The position numbers were made by a program, and so were the translations under genes. Of a stretch of DNA of 64,000 bases, positions 37,453-49,504 are shown one piece after another. The stretch is from contig NC_042999.1 of assembly GCF_006345805.1 (NCBI RefSeq), positions 154,194,001 through 154,258,000 on the forward strand, given 5' to 3'. Position 1 is the stretch's first letter; each line of letters starts with the position of its first letter. This DNA comes from Octopus sinensis. Its lineage: Eukaryota. Below the pieces are notes generated by a model, which was given only the letters and a program-made list of their open reading frames with translations, was not told the DNA's origin and made no database searches.

Positions 37453-37860
37453 TAGGCATAGGAGTGGCTGTGTGGTAAGTAGCTTGCTTACCAACCACAT
37501 GGTTCCGGGTTCAGTCCCACTGCATGGAACCTTGAGCAAGTGTCTTCTACTATAGCCTCGGGCCGACCAAAGCCTTATGAGTGGATTTGGTAGAGAGAAA
37601 CTGAAAGAAGCCCGTCGTTTATATATATATATATATAAAGAAGAATAAAGTGTACGTTCAAACACAAAAGAGATACCCGAAAAATAGGATATCTGACTTG
37701 CTAGAAAGAGCAGTTAAAAACTCCAAGCCACCAATTCGTAACTAAGAATTTTTCGATGAATATTCTTGCTACCCTAAGATTTTAATATATGTATATATAT
37801 ATATATATGTGTGTGTGTGTATGTTTGTGTGTGTGTTTGTCCCCCCAACATCACTTGACA
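37453..37860 (+). mobile_element. SINE family A, 3'-truncated
   Basis: Head TAGGCATAGGAGTGGCTGTGTGG; stops at CACTTGACA. Confidence 0.85.
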
Positions 37861-39608
37861 AGTAATTCATATGAATGTGAAAGAAAGACAGCTAACAATA
37901 AATAAAGGGTGATGGTAAAATTAGTAAAAAGAGGAACCAAAAATAGACAGATTCAAATGCAATGGCAACCCTCTTCATACAAGCCGTAAGATGGGAGAGA
38001 GCCTGAATGATAGTAGGGAAATACATAGAAAAGGGAGAGCAATTCATATGAATGTGATGGTCAGGAGACACACAAATGAAGATGATACACATTCCAATCT
38101 CCTTCGCCATCAATAATTTATATTTGTTTTTCCCCCCATGCTTGCAGCAGGTTCTCTTCAGTATAGCGCTTATATAAACAAAGCAGAAATAATTAAATTT
38201 TACAATGATTAATAATTGTTTTATTTTAGTGAGAAGGCTGTTTGAATTTTTCAACAGTCATTCGAGCTTTGTATCAGTTAAAATGTCTAAAAATTCCCCA
38301 AGAACTGATGCAGGTGTGGTAAGAAGATTGCTTCCCAACCGCATGGTTCTGGGTTCAGTCCCACAGCATGGAAATTTGGACGTCTTCTATAGCCTTGCGA
38401 GCAGATTTGGTAGACAAAAACTGAAAGTGTGTGTGTGAGACCACAGCTTGACAAGTATGGATTTGTTTACATCCCCTGTAACTTAGTGGTTCAGCAGAGT
38501 GAGCATGACAAATACCAGCCTTAAAAAGAAAAATATGAAGCACTGGAGTCAATTTGCTCGACTAAAAATTATATTATTCAAGGCAGTGCCCCAGCATGGC
38601 CACAGTCTAATGACAGAAACAAGTAAAAGGTAAAAGAAAAATATGCCCTGTACTTGGTAATCATTGGAAACATACCAAACAGTCTTATTTCCTTCTAAGG
38701 AATCTGAACATGGTTCTTTAAAGATAATCTTACTGCAAGTAACAGCAGGTTTCCGAATCGTATAAATGGATGTTTTGAATATTTCTGTTTTCCATAAAGA
38801 ATCATTAAAAAAAAAAAAAAAAAAAAACCCTGAATTTACAATTCTATTTAGAATTATGAATACAATGGAGCATTCTTTCACTTTTCTCTGTCATTTCTGA
38901 CAGCTATCCTGGAGACTCTTACTGAAAAGATATATCACTTCCAGATTCCTCATATATTCCATACAGCCTGCATATAATGATATTCCTGCTACAGGCCGTT
39001 TCTACAGTATTACAGCTCTCATTATATTGCTCAGGATTCCGTTTTACATACACACAATATCACATAATGAACAAGAAACAGAACTATTGCTATGTGGCAC
39101 TGCTAGAAATAGAAGTCATACCTCCCTAAAATCACATCCTACAGTCTTAAAAAAGAAATGAGAATTATGTAGCTCTTCTACAGCAAGAAACCTGTTCTGC
39201 TTTGATCCCTTGTATGTTAACCCCCTCATCTGAGTATAAAGGGCCCCTACCATGAGTATGCTGCTGCTGCAAAAAGGAAACAATTCATGCAGTAATGTAA
39301 TCGGCATTAGGAAGGGCATCCATCTGTGGAAACCATGTCAAAACAATGGAGCACAATGTAATCTTTAGAACTGTCAGATCCTGTGAAACCATTGAACCCA
39401 TGCCAGCATAGAATATGGATTGTTTAAATAATGATGATGATTATGGCTACCAATATAAACAAGTGATGTCTTGACAAGATCACAAAGATAATGTTTACCA
39501 CCCTCCACAAAACCACTAATACATGTATATATAAGTATGTGCAGGTATGCAGGTATACAAGTGCATGTGTTTGTCAGTATGATAGATAATGCGAAAATAT
39601 GGGATTAC

Positions 39609-39707
39609 CATTTTGATGGTATCATTGTGCACTTAGTCTGTTGAACTGATTTAACATCATCACCAGGCACTGGGACGTCTTTACCAGAGACTACTCTATT
39701 GCAGATA
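39609..39707 (-). CDS. Candidate exon (99 nt, phase 2-2); ICNRVVSGKDVPVPGDDVKSVQQTKCTMIPSK
   Basis: Acceptor ctataaccttttaAG, donor TG|GTAATC; single open frame. Confidence 0.35.
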
Positions 39708-40851
39708 CTTAAAAGGTTATAGTTTTAATATTGCTCCAGTTGCATACACTGGATTTTATTCAGCCTGGCAGCTTTTTGCAACATCAGTGAATGGGTTACT
39801 CAGTTTTCTATGTATTGGAGAAGACAAATCTCATCTGAACATGAGGTTTGCTGTGGGCACATCACTGACAAGGCTCAAAAGGGCCAAAATGCATATAGCA
39901 TATTCACAAGCTATTGCCAAGAAGACTTTTCATCTTCCACTGATATATACTACTGTTTTTGCTTCATGTTTTATTTTTATATTTTTAACATAGCACATCA
40001 ATAGAAAATTTTATCTCGGATGAAAACCACTGTATCTTGCTTACTCCCCACCACAATCCTGGCTAAGGGGACTGTTTTTTTTTGTCTTGCTAGTTACTTG
40101 GTGTTAGTAATGGTACCATGCAAAAAGTACCAGTGCTGGTGCCACATAAAAAGCACCCAATACACTTTGCAAAGTGGTTGGTTTTTGGAATGGCATCTAA
40201 CTGTAGAAACTATGCCAAAACAGACAGCTGGGGCCTGGTGAAGCCCTTGACCGTACCAGCTCCTATCAAACCGTCCAACTCATGCCAGCATGAAAATCCA
40301 ACAATGTTTATACACAAACACTGTATATACACCTGCTTCAATCAAGTACAACGTATTATCAAGCATGTGTACACACACACAGACATACACCTGTTTGAAG
40401 TATTTACATAAAATTTTGTAACACAAAGACACCTGTTTGTAATTTTTTGTATAAAATTTTTAATATGAACAAATGCCTTACAAAGTGTAAGGCATGAAAT
40501 ATTGTCATATATACACATACACACACGTCTGAAGTATGCATAAAATAACAGGCCTATTCTTCTAAAGTGTGTCTGTAGAATATTCTTGTACAGATATATA
40601 CACACCCAATTTCAAGTCTATAACGTATTCATCCTAATGTTTGTTTGAAGTGTATATACATCAATTATTCTCATAGATACCTACAAATAACATTTAATAA
40701 TCTTAACCTTTTATGAATATAATCATTCATTCATAAAACCTGTTTTATCAAGAATGCATTATGTAATCTCAAGCAGTGCTAATTCTTTACCTTCACATAA
40801 TGAAGTTTATGAAAGTCTTTTATAAATCATTGTTAAGTGAGGTTATATATA

Positions 40852-41249
40852 TCTTTATATATAAAAGTCAAGTTGTGTGTCTGTCTCCTACGATTTAGAT
40901 TCCTAACTACTACCACATTTTGCGGTGCAGTTTAACCAAAACCGGGTATCTTATAGTCGTAATTCATATTGAGCCCTTCTGGATATTAGCGCGCGTCTAC
41001 GATGAGTCTACGATTTAAAAAAAAAATACCATCATTTTTTTTCCATTTTAATGCATTTTTTCGCTATTATATAAGGGAAGTAAGTCTCTAAAAATGTCTA
41101 CGATGAGTCAACGATTTAAAAGAAAATTTACCATCATTTTTTTCCCATTTTTGATGCATTTTTTTCCTATTTTGTGGCTATAACTCTCTAAAAATGCTTA
41201 TATAGTTATTTCCCTTACAAACCCGAGCAACGCCGGGCGATACTGCTAG
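40852..41249 (+). mobile_element. Non-autonomous Helitron, subfamily A
   Basis: TC...CTAG, same hairpin. Confidence 0.9.
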
Positions 41250-42078
41250 TATATATATAATCCTTTAACATCTATTTTCCTATGTTTATATAGGTCAGAC
41301 ATTTGAATCAGATCATTTATAGCCAAATGCCCTTCCAGTTGCCAACCTTCACCTGTTTCCAAGCAAAGTAATATTTTCCCATAGTCATGTTTTTCACAGA
41401 AAACGAGAAAATGACTAAACCTGCTTGTATGACAATGATGCTCCTTTACAAACATCACATGATGTCTAGAAAAGGATACATACAAACACACACAAGTATA
41501 TATGATGGGTTTCTTTCAGTTTCCATCAACCAAATCAGCTCACAGAGTTTTGATAGGCCCGGAGCTAAAATAGAAGACACTTGCCTGAGGTGCTGCACAG
41601 AAGGACCAAACCCAAGACCACATGGTTGGGAAGCAAGATTCTTAACCACACAGCCATGTCTGCACCTATATACATTTAACAGGCTTCTTTCAATTTCCAT
41701 GCCTCTGCCCCTTTTGTGTGTGTGTGTGTGTGTGTATGCATGCATATGTATGTGTATGATACAACTGAAATCAGATATAAGAGCAAAAAGCAACCCAGAT
41801 TGAGTTAATGAGAATTTCAGTAGAATCAGCTGACTTCTGAAAGGCACACAGAAGACTCATTGGATAACTGAGTACTCCCACACTGGACACTCTGAAAATA
41901 CAGCTAAGTGGTGGTGGGGGTGTCACTTTAGAGTGGGTTCAATCCACACTTAACTGTGCCCTGAAGAATGATAAATGAATTGCAACGAACAAGGAATTCA
42001 GAGCCATGCAAATATGCATGATATGCACTATTTCTCTGATGCAATAAAAACTCTTTACAGCACCAATCTATGGCACAA

Positions 42079-42451
42079 TCTTCTCTCTATATATAAACGG
42101 CAGTTTGTCTGTGTGTGTTTCTGTGTGTCTGTTAGGTTGTACCCTCACCCTGACCACATCTTTCAACCGATTCTGATGAAACTTGACACACACATAGCCC
42201 AATGTCATAATTCAAAACTAACGCAGCGAAAATTTTGAAAAGTTCCCCCAGTTCTGAAAAAAATCGATAAATTCGACATGGGGTCGAGAATGAGAAACAC
42301 AAACCACAGACTGTCTAGGGGACGCAACTCGACCTTTTTAACTAAAAAAAATTTACCATCATTTTTTTTCCATTTTTTGGCTATAACTCTCTAAAAATGC
42401 TTTATAGTTATTTCCCTTACAAACCCGAGCAACGCCGGGCGATACTGCTAG
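42079..42451 (+). mobile_element. Non-autonomous Helitron with a different 5' body and the same 3' end
   Basis: TC start, unrelated 5' 260 bp, identical TTATTTCCCTTACAAACCCGAGCAACGCCGGGCGATACTGCTAG terminus. Confidence 0.85.
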
Positions 42452-42689
42452 TTTATAATAAATATCAACCTAATCCTCTCTACTCAATGTGCTGAGTTCT
42501 ACACCAGATAAAGTTTGCACTGCATAAAATAGATGTTAATTTTTTCATTAATATAAGGCAGCGTGCTAGCAAAACCATTAGTATGCCAGGCAAAATGAAT
42601 AGCAATTCATTGAATTTTATATTCTGAGTTTAAATTCCATCAGGGAAAACTGACTTTCAGCCTTTTGGGGTCAATAAAATAGTACCTCA

Positions 42690-42800
42690 AAGTACTGAAG
42701 GCTGGTCTCCAGACACTGAACCTTATGAAGGAGATGACAAAGGAGCAAGATATCTGGCACAATTCTGTACTCAAGAAGACCCATCTGCCACTGGAGAATT
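42690..42800 (+). mobile_element. RTE LINE extreme 3' ORF fragment
   Basis: GLQTLNLMKEMTKEQDIWHNSVLKKT. Confidence 0.5.
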
Positions 42801-43026
42801 AATACTAGTGCTACATAAAATAATAAAACGTACCTAGGACACACTGTGGAATGGTTGGCATTAGGAAGGGTATTCAGCTTTAGAAACCATGCCAGAACAG
42901 GCGTTCTACTCATACCAGCATGGAAATCGGACATTAAACAATGATGATAACTAAGCATGGGGAGGGGGTGGTCAATGTAACTGACCATCCTTTTCCCTAA
43001 GTGAAAATTCGAATTTTTTCCATTAA

Positions 43027-43278
43027 CCCATTCATGCCAGTCGTCCATTATACCCACTACACTCTCGAGACAATTTATAAGGGTATAAAAAAAATACTTG
43101 ATACAAATTGTGATTTGCGTATGATCTGTATCAAAGAATGAAACATGTTTTTAACAGGTGTGCAGTCTGAATCAAACAGATTTCAATTAAATTTTTTTCA
43201 GTTGTTATTTAGGTCAGAATACAAGTATCTGAATTTTCAGGCAATTTCATTCACTAGAAAAATTCTGGCATGAATGGG
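43027..43278. mobile_element. piggyBac-like MITE, second family
   Basis: TTAA TSDs and perfect 14-bp TIR CCCATTCATGCCAG. Confidence 0.85.
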
Positions 43279-43499
43279 TTAATTTCTGCCTAAATTTGAA
43301 AATAATAAAGAATTTAGTAAACTATTACAACATTATTAAACTGGATGGAACATAAATTAACATTAAAGTTTGATGGAGGATTTTGTTTCTGATCACTTTA
43401 ACCCTTTTGCTACCATATTTTGTCAAAATACACAATCTTTCTTTCAACTAAATTTGAAATAATGAAATTACTAAAATAAATTTGTCATTACTAAGCTAG

Positions 43500-43793
43500 A
43501 GGCACATGGCCTAGTGGTTAGAGCAGCGGACTCATGGTCGAGGGATCGCGGGTTCGAATCTCAGACATGAGCGATGTGTGTGTTTACGAGCGAAACACCT
43601 AAGCTCTACGTGGCTCCGACGGAAGGTAATGGCAAACTTCTGCTGACTCTTTAGCCACAACTTTCCCTCACTCTTTCCTCCTGCATCTTGCAGCTCACCT
43701 GCGACGGTCCGGTGTCCCATCCAGGTGGGGAACCTATACGCCAAGGAAACCGGGAAACCGGCCCTTATGAGCCAGGCATGGCTCAAGAAGGAG
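43500..43793 (+). mobile_element. tRNA-derived SINE, distinct family
   Basis: TGGCCTAGTGG A-box, GGTTCGAATCTC B-box, central CTGCGACGG..GTCCCATCCAGG..GGAAACCGG segment resembling V/Meta-type SINE domains. Confidence 0.75.
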
Positions 43794-45805
43794 GCGTATT
43801 TGGAACACAAATTAACATGCAATTTTGATGAAAGGGTTTCAATTTAAATCACTTTACAAGAAGTTTGTGTTATAGACCCAACGGTGATTCAAGGAAGTTG
43901 GTATTAAAAGATAATTATTACATTACAATATATCATCATAAGTCATTTTAATATCTACTTTTCCATGCCTATCTTCACCTGCTTCCAAACAAGGTAATTG
44001 TCACAGTCTACTAAACAATGAACAGCCATGAATATTGTACCAGCTGGAGACATTGACAGGTGAAACCATGTACTAGCTAAAAAAATTACAATAAAGTTAA
44101 CACTAATTTAAGTATGGTGTGCACCACTCCACCTCAGTATGTTCCATTCTTATTCAAAATCTATTGAGGTAATAACCTCAATTTAACCTACACATAAAAC
44201 ATTCATACATACACACACACAAAACAAATTATATAGAAATGAAACATATCTATATATAATTTAATACACACATATACATACATAATTTAACATATGTACA
44301 TACACACAGACATAGTTAATGTGAGGATATTTCCACCATAACTGGCTTCTGTGCCGCTGGCAAGTAAGTAACACCATCCAATCATGGTCGATGCCAACCC
44401 CCTCTGGTCCCTGTGCTGGTGGTACATAAAAAAGCACCCACTACACTCTCAGAGTGGTTGGCATTAGGAAGGGCATCCAGCTGTAGAAACACTGCCAGAT
44501 CAGACTGAAGCCTGGCGCAGCCTCCTGGCTTCCCAGACCCCAGTCAAACTGTCAAACCCATGCCAGCATGGAAAACAGACGGTAAACAATGATGAGTTTT
44601 GGTGTATGAGTGCAAGTGTGTATAATAAAATTGACGGTATGTTAAAGCTAGTTTTATATGTGGGTGTGTATATACACACACACAACATATAAATTAAATT
44701 ATATATAAATGAAACATATATAACACGTAAAAAGCACCAGTCAAGCGTGGGTTATTGCCAATGTCACCTGATTGGCTCCCGCACCGGTGGCACATAAAAA
44801 GCACCATTCGAGTGTGGTTGATGCCAGTACACCTGACTTGGCACATAAAAAGCACCCACTACACTCTCGGAATGGGTGGCATTAGGAAGGGCATCCAGCT
44901 GTAGAAGCACTGCCAGATCAGACTTGAGCCTGGTACAGTCTTCTGGCTTGCCAGTTCCCAGTCAAACTGTTCAACCCATACAAGCATGGAAGGCAGACAT
45001 TAAACAATGATGATGAACAAATATCTATACACATAATTTAACACATATATACATACATATAGTTAAATTTAGGATATCTTAAAGGTAGTTTTGGTGTGTG
45101 TGTGTGTATATATATAAAATTGACATTATGTCAAAGCTAGTTTTAAATGTGTGTATACATAAACAAACATGTGTCTTAATATACAAAACAATTTATACGT
45201 AAATGTAACATGGGTGGCTGTGTGGTAAGAAGGTTCCTTCCAAACCACATGGTTCCAGGTTCAGTCCCACTGTGTGACACCTTGGGAAAATATCTACTAT
45301 AGCCTGAAGCCAACAAAAGCCTTTTGAGTGAACTTGGCAGAGAGAAACTGAAAGAAGTCCATCGTGTATGTATGTGTGTGTATGTCCTCCCACCATTGCT
45401 TGGTGTGTTTACGTCCCTGTAACTCAGTAGTTCAGCAAAAGAGACTGATAGAATAAGTACTAGGCTTACAAAGAATAAGTCCTGGGGTTGATGTGTCCAA
45501 CTAAAGGCAGTGCTCCAGCATGGTAGCAGTCAAATGACCAAAACTAGTAAAAGAATACATACATACACACATAGTTAAATTGAGGATATTTTAAAGGTAG
45601 TTTTTGTGTGTGTGTATGTTTAAAATTGTGGTTATGTTATAAAAATGTATGTATATACACATACGAACACGTGTAAAACAAATTATAAATGAAATGTGGT
45701 GCCCCAGCATGACCGCAGCTTTAAAGCTGAAACAATTTAAAGAATATATAATTTAACACTTATTTGTTTCAGTCATTTGGCTGCGGCAAACACAGAAACA
45801 CACAC

Positions 45806-45852
<47 letters not shown>

Positions 45853-45854
<2 letters not shown>

Positions 45855-46110
45855 CGGGAAGCTTTATGAGAATAAACAAAAGACGAAGGCAGGTGGAAAA
45901 CAAACGAACAATTGTATTAGTATGGCGCTCAGGAAATATAAATAAAACAAGTCTTTAACGTTTCGAGCCTACGCTCTTCAACAGAAAGATACACAGAGAG
46001 AGAAAAACACAGAAAGAAGGAGAGAAAAAAAATGCGTGCAGTAGCTAACGAATCAACATGGCGATCTGATTTCGGCCAGAGGTCAAAGATCAAACATGAG
46101 ACGCGAGAGC
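45853..46110 (-). mobile_element. Penelope-like terminal (pseudo-LTR) fragment with hammerhead-like motif
   Basis: Flanked by (TA)n; contains GCTCGAAACGT motif; homologous to 7083-7320. Confidence 0.6.
45952..45989 (-). ncRNA. Minimal type-I hammerhead-like motif (non-canonical core)
   Basis: TCTTT-CTGTTGAA-GAGC(GTAG)GCTC-GAAA-CGT-T-AAAGA: stems I and II pair, palindromic ACGT stem III. Confidence 0.5.
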
Positions 46111-47255
46111 GAAATATATATATATATATATATATATTACGAGACTAGAAAAACAGCCAACAACTGATGACGGGTCGTTATGTTGTTTGTTTTGTTTCCA
46201 TTTGTGTCTCGTTGTTCGAAAGAATAGTTCATATTCCATGTACTCGTGCTTCGTACTTTGTTGTACACGTTTCATGACGTCCTGTGCCCACATATGCATA
46301 TATATATATACGTATAGATGTAAGTATGTACATATCCGTATGTATATTATTTACATTTTATATACATGACAGGCTTCTTTCAATTTCCGTCTACCAAACC
46401 CACTCAAAAGGCGGTCAGCCCGAGGCTATAGTAGAAGACACTTGCCCGAGGTGTCACGCAGTGGGACTGAACCAGGAACCATGTGGTTGGTAAGCAAGCC
46501 ACTTACCACACACCCACTGCCGCGCGTACATACACATATTTAATTGAGGATATTTTAAAGGTAGTTTTGGTGTGTGTGTGTGTATGTAAAACTAGTTTTA
46601 AACGTGTATATATATATATATATATACACACACACAAACACGTGTCTGTGAGTGGGAGTTAGTAACCCATTACTCCAGTAGCAGACGTTCCCACCACCGA
46701 CAGCACCGACTGGTCGGCGTCGCCATGTAAGCAAATTCGTTTACAGCCCAGATTTATCTCGAAACACCTTCCAATTTGGTTTTGTACTTTACACTGATTT
46801 AGTACAACTACTATTGCTGCTGCCGTCACTGCTACTACCACAACCACCACCACCACCACCATCACCCAACACCTTTGATTGTACTTTTGAGATACTTTGA
46901 TGCAACCATTGTTGCTAAGTTCACCGCCATCACTACTAAGCTTCTACCAACACCTTTTGATTGTTACAGCTATTGCATCTCAGTACCTTTTATCTACTGT
47001 TACTACTATCATAACAAATACTACTCTTATCACAGCTGTGAATACTACTGCTGTTGCTGCTAATAATAACAATGCCTTTTATTAATAGCCGCTACTTTGA
47101 TAATTACTTCCTTCACCATATCAACTTTTTCCACTCCTACTACAACGAGGCAATAAGGGAGCGTCTATGTGGTTCTTCAATTCCTAGAAATAGCAGCCAA
47201 ATATCATTTGAATCACACTTAAACCTTAAAAAAGAAGAAGAAAAAGAAACTATGT

Positions 47256-47667
47256 GGATCTTTTCGGTTTGAACGGCAGTTTTTTATAGTGGTGTCATAT
47301 GAAATTGTCACCCATAATTATGACCCTAGAATCGATCTATTGCATTTCAATCTCGGTTAGGGTTAGGGGTGGGGGAAGGGTATCTTTTTTTTCTTCACAA
47401 ATGTAAATAAACCCAATCTGTTTCTTAAACGAGGGACATATTCATACGGCACAGAATGCTTTTTAACTCAATAGACGTCACTGATTGGTTGAAATTGCAG
47501 AAATTGAAGAAAAAAAAGCAACAAATATCTTACAAACTATAGAATTTTCTCAATAAAGCCAAGAGAAAAAGATGTTTTATAAACACATTCTACCAATACA
47601 CGAAGTTAAAAATTTTTGAGTTACCTAGAAATTATGTTAAAAACTGCCGTTCAAACCGAAAAGATCC
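47256..47667. mobile_element. MITE with GG termini and 8-bp TSD (Merlin-like)
   Basis: TIR GGATCTTTTCGGTTTGAACGGCAGTTTT; TSD AACTATGT on both sides. Confidence 0.8.
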
Positions 47668-47712
47668 AACTATGTTATTGTTTAGGAAGAGTTTTCCTTA
47701 AAGTATAGGGAC

Positions 47713-48165
47713 AGGCGCCATTGTAGCACACCACTGCATACACCATTTATCAATATCTACTCAGATCGTCCCAGGCACACACCCCCCCCCACCCAAGCAG
47801 TGTTCCAGTCAGTTCCAATCTCTGTAAGATATTTCCTCATCTGCTGTGACCACTAGGCACGTGGCCGACCAACACGAGCCATCACCCCAGCCAGATCCAC
47901 AGATATGAGAACATAATATGCAAGACCCAGCGCGGAACATCAAGCAACCACACCAAACAGCCTAAGCTGATACCTCCGAACCGTACAGGACGCATCCCAG
48001 TTTCTTAGTACAGTCATCGGATGGATACAAAATCTGACCAATGACAGTCCATAATCTTGCAAAGTATCGAAGTACCAAAGGAGTTCGGATGGCTCCAAGC
48101 AAAATAATAAACCCCGAGAATATTAAACATTAATGTCCCTGTCCAGCCCGCAAGCTTCTCTGTGT
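47713..48165 (-). mobile_element. Decayed RTE-clade LINE C-terminus
   Basis: TVRRYQLRLFGVVA*...ARVGRPRA*WSQQMRKYL..GTDWNTAW. Confidence 0.8.
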
Positions 48166-48357
48166 ACTGCCCTTGTGGCAAATTTAATGAAATAAAGAAG
48201 CTTGCTTCCCAACCACATGGTTCCAGGTTCAGTCCTACTGCATGGCACCTTGGGCGAGTGTCTACTACTAAAGCCTCGGGCCAACCAGAGCCTTGTGAGT
48301 AGATATGGTAGACGGAAACTGAAAGAAACCCGGCGTGTGTGTGTGTACTTATATATA

Positions 48358-48518
48358 CACGAGGGTACTACATGAGTACTTGCACCGCTAAAAATAGAAA
48401 CCGAAAATACTTCTGTGCCACGGAAGAGTCAAATCTATTACAGGCCTGGTAAGAAAAATTCCAGTGAACATTTTGTATCTATTTTTAGCGATGCAAGTAC
48501 TCGTGTAGTACCCTCATG
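48358..48518. mobile_element. mariner-like MITE (161 bp)
   Basis: TA TSDs, ~40-bp TIR starting CACGAGGG. Confidence 0.85.
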
Positions 48519-48547
48519 TATGTCTCTGTGTGTGTGTGTGTGTGTGT

Positions 48548-48592
<45 letters not shown>

Positions 48593-48982
48593 TATATGGG
48601 TACAGGACGTCACCAACGGTGCAAATAACATGAAATACGTAAACAAGGAAAAAAAAATGGAAAACTGGACGAGTAAACATCAGTTGTCTGTCATATATAT
48701 ATATATATATATATATATAAGTACATAACATATTGTATGCATTATTTTATCTCTACGGCTGATATTAGCTTGCCACTGGTGTTGGTGTTTTAATAATACC
48801 TTGCCCTTATATATATATATATATATAAACAGTAGTACCTCGGTTTTCGAACACTTCTTATCATGAATAAATCGTGCTTTATCTCCTGTCTTTCTCATAT
48901 TCATTTAATACAGTAGCACCTTGCTTTATGAATGCCTCTGATCACAAATAAATCATGCATTTTATATATATATGTGTGTGTG

Positions 48983-49140
48983 TAAGCGCAGGAGTGGCTG
49001 TGTGGTAAGTAGCTTGTTTACAAACCATATGGTTCCGGGTTCATTCCTACTGCGTGGCAAGTGTCTTCTACTATAGCCTCGGGCCGGCCAAAACCTTGTG
49101 AGTGGATTTGGTTTACGGAAATTGAAAGAAACCCGTCGTA

Positions 49141-49191
<51 letters not shown>

Positions 49192-49396
49192 ATGTCTGTG
49201 TGTCTGTGTTTGTCCCTCCAACATCGCTTGACAACTGATGCTGGTGTGTTTACATGCCCGTAACTTAACAGTTCGGCAAAGTAGACCGATACAATAAGTA
49301 CTAGGCTTACAAAGAATAAGTCATGGGGTCGATTGCTCGACTAAAGGCGGTGCTCCAACATGGCCACAGACAAATGACTGAAACAAGTAAAAGAGT
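48983..49396 (+). mobile_element. SINE family A, full length
   Basis: GCGCAGGAGTGGCTGTGTGG head to AAACAAGTAAAAGAG tail. Confidence 0.9.
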
Positions 49397-49504
49397 GACG
49401 TTACTTTATATGTAGCACTTGCCCTGACAGGATCACCAAGTACCTTTTTGCATCTTGCAAAGTACTTGATGACCCAGTCAGTTCAGGTGTCACTTTAAAA
49501 GCAT

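Larger units (their letters stand above)
44200..46650. repeat. Eroded local tandem array (~150-bp unit, 4-5 copies) split by SINE insertions
   Basis: Recurring ATAGTTAA(A)TTGAGGATATTTTAAAGGTAGTTTTGGTGTGTG..AAAATTG..GCTAGTTTT near 44310, 44595, 45060, 45570 and 46540. Confidence 0.75.

Noticed and set aside
43500-43570. tRNA-like sequence with A and B boxes
   Set aside because: Continues directly into a SINE body with no complete acceptor stem or terminator; the same applies to all other SINE heads.
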